Assembly (NCBI GenBank): GCA_050248615.1 | Contig: JBFWSA010000005.1 | Location: forward strand, 11,374 to 75,373 | DNA: 64,000 nucleotides | Direction of reading: 5' to 3' | From: Simkaniaceae bacterium | GTDB taxonomy: Bacteria; Chlamydiota; Chlamydiia; Chlamydiales; Simkaniaceae | Notes under the pieces: generated by a model | The model's database searches: none | Told to the model about the DNA's origin: nothing | Seen by the model: only the letters and a program-made list of their open reading frames with translations | Part shown: piece after piece, positions 58,005 to 64,000 of the stretch | Layout of the letters: every line of letters begins with the position of its first letter | Numbering within the stretch: the first letter of the stretch is position 1 | Made by a program: the position numbers and the translations under genes

Positions 58005-59620
58005 TCTCCAAAATGCAGTCTCGGAAGTTGCCTAACAGGTCTTTTCTGAGGATGGGCCCTTCTGTATTTTCTTAACAGATCCTCTTCATACACGAAAGGA
58101 AAAGTAAAGTCGGGAAGCAGTGTTCCTTCGGTCACACGAGAGTGGGCATACTCTCTAAAAGGTCTCTCTCTTTTGGAGTCTACAACTGTTGTTTTATCCG
58201 AAAGAAGAGACTGAAGATTTGTAACCATATTATCGTAATGATCATAATCTTTGAAGCGTACCCATTCAGCAATATTGGTGATATAAACAACATCAAAAAC
58301 TCTTTTTTCGTTCTGAACCTCTTGAGAAATTTCCGCTATACGTCCTCCATCTCGCGCAAGATTGAGATTTAAATGCACAATCCTATTGTCAAGATAAAGG
58401 TTACGTACCCGAGCATAAGAGGCATCCTCTTTTAACCAGCTATACGCATAAGTTCTGTAATGATTAAAGACATCTTTCAAATAACCTACTAGATTTTTAT
58501 CACTAAATTCATCTGAATCGGGAAAATACCTTTCTTTATTCACAAATAACTCTTCATGAAACTTTTCAATAAAGGCTTCTCGAGACTCGGTTGCAACCAC
58601 CCCTTCTTTTACCCATGCATAAAGGGCTATCATTGACGGGTGGATATCACAGATGTAAGCCCTTTCAAAGGGGCGCCTTGCTAAGATGTGATAATTGAAC
58701 TCAAAAGCAAAACCAAAGTAAACGCCCCCCTCGATTTGCGGCTTTTGAGAAAGCGCTTCAAAAACTGCGGGGTGCCCCGTTTCTGTTGTTAAAAGAAAGG
58801 GATGCCCATGAAAATCACTCCTAAGATAAGAGAAGGACCTAGAAGAGAGAGCATGAAAAAGGGCTAAACGGGGAGAAACCAAGGGTTGGGAGATCTTCAA
58901 GCTGAATCCAAGAAAAGAATCAGCAGACTGCACTAAGAGGGTATTAGGTGCATAGAGTATCTTAACTTTCTCTAAATCTGTAGGATCCATTTCCTCTGTA
59001 CCATAGAGTGAAATGACATCAAAAACCTGTCCATTTTTTCTAGCTTCCTGATCTAAATCTAAAAGTGCTGCACTCTCTTTCAAACTCATATCTGCATGAA
59101 CAACGCCCCCTTTTCTATAGATATCACGAACTTTTTCATAGAGCCCATCGTTATAAAGCCAGCTATAGTGGGGATTGCTGAGTTGCTCAATAAATTCTCT
59201 TGCTGAGCTGGTTGCACCCAAATAATAAGCACTCTCTTTAGAAAGCTCTTCTGTAAATGCAGCTAAAAAATCTATACGAGAGGGGTGGAGTTGCACATGG
59301 GTACTAATCCAGTCATAAAGAGCTAGTTCTCTTGGATTACTCGAACATAGGTAGGCTTTTTCTACCCTCCGATGGGCTATGAGATTTAAGTTCATTGCAA
59401 AATCAAACCCCACATAAATCCCATTCATAGATTCAGGGTACGAGCAGATCGCATCTAAAGCCTCTTTTAGATCTGGTACATCCGTCTTTAGGGCAAGAGG
59501 CTCCCCTCTAGTTGCAAGGGAAACATTTTGAGAACTTGGATAGGGTCTTTTATTCTCGGGAGCAAGAGGGGTTTGATCTGTATTATCACGAACCCTTTTT
59601 AAACTTAATGCACTAGACAT
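58001..59620 (-). CDS. Hypothetical protein with internal tandem domain duplication (SAM-methyltransferase-like candidate)
   Basis: Two homologous halves (G.Y.GF, AY.C, ALY.W, YSWL, VR..Y, FDV). Confidence 0.7.
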   Translation of the reverse strand: MSSALSLKRVRDNTDQTPLAPENKRPYPSSQNVSLATRGEPLALKTDVPDLKEALDAICSYPESMNGIYVGFDFAMNLNLIAHRRVEKAYLCSSNPRELALYDWISTHVQLHPSRIDFLAAFTEELSKESAYYLGATSSAREFIEQLSNPHYSWLYNDGLYEKVRDIYRKGGVVHADMSLKESAALLDLDQEARKNGQVFDVISLYGTEEMDPTDLEKVKILYAPNTLLVQSADSFLGFSLKISQPLVSPRLALFHALSSRSFSYLRSDFHGHPFLLTTETGHPAVFEALSQKPQIEGGVYFGFAFEFNYHILARRPFERAYICDIHPSMIALYAWVKEGVVATESREAFIEKFHEELFVNKERYFPDSDEFSDKNLVGYLKDVFNHYRTYAYSWLKEDASYARVRNLYLDNRIVHLNLNLARDGGRIAEISQEVQNEKRVFDVVYITNIAEWVRFKDYDHYDNMVTNLQSLLSDKTTVVDSKRERPFREYAHSRVTEGTLLPDFTFPFVYEEDLLRKYRRAHPQKRPVRQLPRLHFGD

Positions 59621-59757
59621 GGGATCCTTTGGGATTAATTTCACCCAAAAATGATACTAGTGTTATTTTTTAAATTAAACGAATAAAATATTTTAATTAA
59701 TTAAAACTATTTTTTTCGAAAAATTAAATTTTTAAATCTAAATGTCCTGTATCAAGT

Positions 59758-61089
59758 CTAAAAGGTAACACTCACTTGCGTACCAATGACAAGAGCATTG
59801 GGGATGGTTCCAAATCCTTTGGGATTGATAACGTATTGAACATCGGGAACAATAATAAACCAGGGATTGACTTGGAACCAGTGGTTGAGTTCCACAATAG
59901 ATTCAAAGTTTTGAGGTTGGTTCCCAAAAGGACCGAGTAGCTTCATCTTTTGCGCGAGCCTTTGAGCTGCGCGCTGGTCTGTACTATACTTCCCATAGAG
60001 ATAACCTAAATTAGTAAAGTCCTGCGGGCGGGAGGGAAAAAGCCCTTTATAAACCAGCCCCGAAGCAATATAAAACGGGAGAGGATTACTGTCTTTAGGA
60101 GCAAAAAGAATAGCAACAAAGGGGGTTAACCCACGATCTGACTCGGGCCCGCCTTGACGGTAAACCATTTGATCGATGAGGAAATAGTACCCATAGTTCC
60201 CATGAAAATGCCCCCCGAGATACTTTTCTCCACTCATATCTGTATAGTAAAAGTATCCCGCACGGTAATTACCAGGGTAACCTTTATCTTCTTCCAAACG
60301 ATTGACACGCCAGGACCACTCTGTGATGAGTTGTGTCCCATCACTTCCATTAAAAGACCAATTGAACCCATGATAACTATTCTTACTCACATCGGGATTG
60401 GCAACAAAGGCAGCCACTTTGATTAAAAGACGTTTATAAGGGTAAAACTGTACAAGTGCTCCCCATGTTGCATTGGGATAAGCGGTAAAAGGGCCATTAA
60501 AGAAGACTGAAATGGGGTTTCCATCAAACCCATTGTTCACAAATTTATAGTAGAGTTCAGATTGCAAAAAGTAGTTTCCTGCATTGAGCCGACCAGCCTG
60601 AATCACTAAATTTTTATTCCACAAAGCCTGTTTGAGATACAGTTCATTCAGACGTATATTTTGACCTCCATAGACCTGAGCCACAGGAAATTGGTTCCCA
60701 ATTTTATCAGCACTCAAATTCGTTCCTGTCCGCCCCACCATAGAAACATAAAACGTTAATCCCTTTAAAGCTGTGTGCCTCCCGATATCGACTGTCAGAT
60801 CAAGACCAAAGGACCCAGCAAAAGCAATCCCACGCGCCTCCCCCCCAATGGGATTTCCTAAGATATCTGCCACGTAGGAGGAACCTACCGTCACTCCATC
60901 ATCAGCAAGCTTTTTACGTCCCCCTTTCCAATCACCTGTTAAATATTTCCGATCCCACCAGGAAACTTCAGGGGGGTTTTGATAATGCTCAATCATGTCT
61001 TCATGACGCTGCTCTGCTGTCCCTGAAAAACCATGATCTCCAGCGTATGCGTAGGAAAAACAAACGATTAATAAACACCACTGTCTCAT
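59758..61089 (-). CDS. OprB family carbohydrate-selective porin
   Basis: YLTGDWKGGR..L.D.G, AYPNATWG, PDVQYVINP and a terminal Phe. Confidence 0.88.
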   Translation of the reverse strand: MRQWCLLIVCFSYAYAGDHGFSGTAEQRHEDMIEHYQNPPEVSWWDRKYLTGDWKGGRKKLADDGVTVGSSYVADILGNPIGGEARGIAFAGSFGLDLTVDIGRHTALKGLTFYVSMVGRTGTNLSADKIGNQFPVAQVYGGQNIRLNELYLKQALWNKNLVIQAGRLNAGNYFLQSELYYKFVNNGFDGNPISVFFNGPFTAYPNATWGALVQFYPYKRLLIKVAAFVANPDVSKNSYHGFNWSFNGSDGTQLITEWSWRVNRLEEDKGYPGNYRAGYFYYTDMSGEKYLGGHFHGNYGYYFLIDQMVYRQGGPESDRGLTPFVAILFAPKDSNPLPFYIASGLVYKGLFPSRPQDFTNLGYLYGKYSTDQRAAQRLAQKMKLLGPFGNQPQNFESIVELNHWFQVNPWFIIVPDVQYVINPKGFGTIPNALVIGTQVSVTF

Positions 61090-62553
61090 TTACTCCCTCA
61101 AATCAATGGAACGATCATGAGAAATAAAATACCGCTGCAGAATTTTTGGATTTCTTTCTAAAACCTTTTCCCGGTCAAGAATGATCTCCGTATTATTCTT
61201 TGTCGTAATGATAAAATAAGGATCTTGGCACATTTCAAACGCTTCAATCAAATCGTGCATATTTTGAACTCGATGCCCATTTACCTCTGTCACAATCTCA
61301 TTTTCAATATCTTGATACCCTGTATTCACCATATCACCCAAAACACGAGAGAGAACGATGATCTCATCACGCCCCTCTTTTACTTTCCCATGTAAAAAAT
61401 AGTAAAGAAAATCCACAAAGAGAAAGTTGTCATCGAAATCACGACCGCAATCAAAAATATTACCCACCAATGGCTGAAATATCATGCCTCCGAGAATAAA
61501 ATAAGTGGGAGGTTTATCATATTCAACAGACTCTACAAGCGCCTCACCCCTTTTGGAAAAGTCTACTTGAGCACTTAAGGTAAGTCTTTCCCCTTCACGC
61601 AATACCTCAAGATCCATCTGATCTCCAAAGTATTTCATAATGATCAGATATTCAAAAGGGAGGCTAAAATTAAAAGCTTCATAATCAATATAGCCATAGC
61701 GATCGATTGGGTGTCCATCGACTCCTAAAAGAACATCTCCAGGTTTAATAATATCATAAAGAAAATAGTTCTCGGGGATAAAGGTCACTAAAAGTCCCCC
61801 TACATTCTCTTCTAACCCATAATATTCGCGCATAGCGGGATTGCGAATGATTTGCGTCTTCAAAGGAAGTACGGGGAATCCCTGATACTTTCCTTCATTA
61901 ATTTCCTTTAAAAAGTGTTGGATGATCGGAACAGGGATCATGTACCCAATATTTTGACCAATCATAAATCCCTGATGGGCAATCCCCACAACTTCTCCAC
62001 CCGCAATAACAGGCCCCCCACTATTACCGGGATTGATGGGAGCATCGATCTGAGACACTAAAAGAAAAGCGTCGGAATGGGCATAGAAATCCATTTCAAT
62101 ACGCGAAACAATTCCTTTGGTAATCGATAGCCCTGTTCCCCCCATGGGAAAACCGTAAACTTGAACCTCTTCTTTTTGACTCGCGATATGGTTACTGATG
62201 GGTAAAGGACTCTTCCCCTCAAAAAAAGAAGCATCTTCTACTTCTAAAACAGCTAAATCACAATCATGACCGATAAATTTCACAAAAGCTTCATATTTTT
62301 CATTCGAACTAGCCGACTGGACTTCAATGAACGAAGCATCCGCCACAACATGCGCGTTTGTTAAAATAAGATTCCCCTCAATGACAAAACCCGAACCTGA
62401 ATAACGTTCTGTTGTTGGAGGAGACCAAGGTGTCTTATAACTATATTCCCGTGCGGTAGAGTAAACTTTAACGATTGAATCTTTAATGGACTCCGCTGTC
62501 GAACCAAAAAGAGAAAGGGTAGAAAAAACACATCCTATGATCCACAGTTTCAT
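61090..62553 (-). CDS. HtrA/DegP-family serine protease (plant Deg2-like architecture)
   Basis: GSGF, ILTNAHVV, DCDLA, INPGNSGGP and PDZ domains. Confidence 0.92.
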   Translation of the reverse strand: MKLWIIGCVFSTLSLFGSTAESIKDSIVKVYSTAREYSYKTPWSPPTTERYSGSGFVIEGNLILTNAHVVADASFIEVQSASSNEKYEAFVKFIGHDCDLAVLEVEDASFFEGKSPLPISNHIASQKEEVQVYGFPMGGTGLSITKGIVSRIEMDFYAHSDAFLLVSQIDAPINPGNSGGPVIAGGEVVGIAHQGFMIGQNIGYMIPVPIIQHFLKEINEGKYQGFPVLPLKTQIIRNPAMREYYGLEENVGGLLVTFIPENYFLYDIIKPGDVLLGVDGHPIDRYGYIDYEAFNFSLPFEYLIIMKYFGDQMDLEVLREGERLTLSAQVDFSKRGEALVESVEYDKPPTYFILGGMIFQPLVGNIFDCGRDFDDNFLFVDFLYYFLHGKVKEGRDEIIVLSRVLGDMVNTGYQDIENEIVTEVNGHRVQNMHDLIEAFEMCQDPYFIITTKNNTEIILDREKVLERNPKILQRYFISHDRSIDLRE

Positions 62554-62631
62554 TGTAACACTCCTTTTTATGAGCTAAATTTCTGAAGGAGCGTAAATTA
62601 CAAAAGGGTTTTATTCAATAATCTTTTTCAG

Positions 62632-62710
62632 TACACTCGAGCCACTTCAAAAGTTAGTTTTGGGCTAGCGCGAAAGCGCCGAAAATCCAACTTTTGAAAT
62701 TGTTTGAGTA
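62632..62710 (+). mobile_element. Internally deleted family A element
   Basis: The left arm (to GCGCGAAAGC) is joined directly to the right arm (GCCGAAAATCCAACTTTTG...GAGTA). Confidence 0.85.
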
Positions 62711-62875
62711 TGAAGCTATCCTAATAAATCATTTCTAATCTTTTTTGTGTTTTCAGCATCTTTAGAACCTTCATTTTTCGGTCTTATCATCCGATAATGC
62801 CCTCAAATGCAGTTCCTAAATCTCCAAGAAAACATATAAAAATCCCCAGAATTGATTTGTTAGGATAGCTTCATA
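62709..62875. mobile_element. TA-bounded palindromic element (167 bp), TATGAAGCTATCC termini
   Basis: TATGAAGCTATCCTAATAAATCA / TGATTTGTTAGGATAGCTTCATA. Confidence 0.8.
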
Positions 62876-63016
62876 AAATCAAACACATTTCGATTGATCC
62901 ATTATTATTGAAATAAAACCTAACTCTTGATTATGCAAAAGATGAGCCTATCTCACTAATCCATTTACGGGGATTTGTGGGATAGGTTCATAACAAAGAG
63001 AAATAGGTGATTCCTC

Positions 63017-63490
63017 ATGTACCCATTTTTTGCAAAATTTGGATATAAAAAAAGACAGTGTGAATGGCTACCCATTCTTATCGTTCGCATAGCACTAGGC
63101 GTTTTTTTTATTATTTCGGGATTTTTTAAGGTTTTTGATAGTAAACAGCATGCCTTATTACTCACCACCTTAAAACATGCCAGCATTCCCCTTCCCGAAT
63201 TTACCGCTTACCTTGTACCCATTATTGAGCTCTTAGCCGGTTGCTGCATTCTCATTGGGGTACTGACATCAGTCGCTGCATTCATTATGTTCATTTTGAT
63301 GATTGTCGCTCTCATTACCGACCGCATGGCCTCTCTTGCCATACATGGAGGCATCCAAACGCTCGAAAACTTTCTCTATCTTCCAGAAGTCCTTTATGCC
63401 TTGATGTTTCTTTGGCTTTTCTTCTCTGGACCCGGAAAAGTGAGTGTGGATTTCTCTTATGGAAAAAAGAAACGGCTAGCGAGTTATTAA
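63017..63490 (+). CDS. DoxX family membrane protein
   Basis: VRIALGVFFIISGFFK, ELLAG..ILIG and GPGKVSVD. Confidence 0.9.
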   Translation: MYPFFAKFGYKKRQCEWLPILIVRIALGVFFIISGFFKVFDSKQHALLLTTLKHASIPLPEFTAYLVPIIELLAGCCILIGVLTSVAAFIMFILMIVALITDRMASLAIHGGIQTLENFLYLPEVLYALMFLWLFFSGPGKVSVDFSYGKKKRLASY

Positions 63491-63637
63491 CACACCTTCC
63501 ATAAAAAGCGCAAGTTACCCCATGAGTCTTTTGATCTTCAGTTGGACTAAAAATACTCGCAATATTTGATTCAATATTGCTGCGTTTTTTAGCCAAACTA
63601 AAAAAACAAAATCTCTCATGGCTCAAGCTTCCTCTTT

Positions 63638-64000
63638 TTAAGGAAGGGGTGTTATTAACACAAAACTCAAAAAGCTTAATATATCCGTATTCTCTTCGAT
63701 CGCTTGTTCAAGAGAGCGTCCTCTTCCATGTCCTGTATCAGGATAAACACGCAAAAGAATAGGATCTGGTCCCCCTTGCGCCTCTTGAAGAGCTGCCGCG
63801 AACTTGTAACTATGGAGAGGGACAACGCGATCATCATGATCTGCGGTAGTGATGAGCGTCGGAGGGTAATGCACCCCCTCTTGGATATTGTGATAAGGAG
63901 AGTAGGCATAAAGATAGGGAAAATCTTCAGGATCGTCTGGGTTTCCATAATCACTCGTCCAAGACCATCCAATAGTGAAGTGGTTAAATTTGAGCATATC
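63638..64000 (-). CDS. Prolyl oligopeptidase (S9A), C-terminal part (5' end outside the window)
   Basis: DYGNPD, YSPYHN, TADHDDRVVPLHSYKF and GHG. Confidence 0.92.
   Translation of the reverse strand, partial: DMLKFNHFTIGWSWTSDYGNPDDPEDFPYLYAYSPYHNIQEGVHYPPTLITTADHDDRVVPLHSYKFAAALQEAQGGPDPILLRVYPDTGHGRGRSLEQAIEENTDILSFLSFVLITPLP

Overview
This is a gene-dense bacterial chromosome segment, most consistent with an environmental chlamydia (Chlamydiota, Simkaniaceae-like). That assignment is inferred from tandem MOMP-like porins, a CHLPS/DUF818-like hydrolase, a chlamydial-type yhhQ-tgt pair, an Inc-like protein and eukaryote-like WD40/LRR proteins. It carries housekeeping and metabolic genes (mtaB, radC, hflX, gltA, mdh, purU, tgt, typA, prlC), tRNA-Ala and tRNA-Ile, many transporters, and a hicAB locus with a frameshifted toxin. 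Two things stand out. (1) At least 16 non-coding, rod-like palindromic miniature elements (35-168 bp, about 7 sequence types, mostly TA-bounded) are scattered through the window, with no transposase in it. They nest into each other, collapse to a 35-bp mini-form and rewrite stop codons. They also interrupt three genes that can be rebuilt by excising them in silico, including a GH8-like glycoside hydrolase. (2) An RNA-repair operon in which a 2H phosphoesterase (ThpR/LigT) is fused to archease directly upstream of an archaeal/eukaryote-type RtcB. Other candidates are a SopB/IpgD-like CX5R phosphatase, an NDH-2 with a C-terminal cNMP-binding domain, a tandemly duplicated methyltransferase-like protein and an EarP-like GT-B protein. 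All family calls come from motif recognition by eye; no database searches were run.
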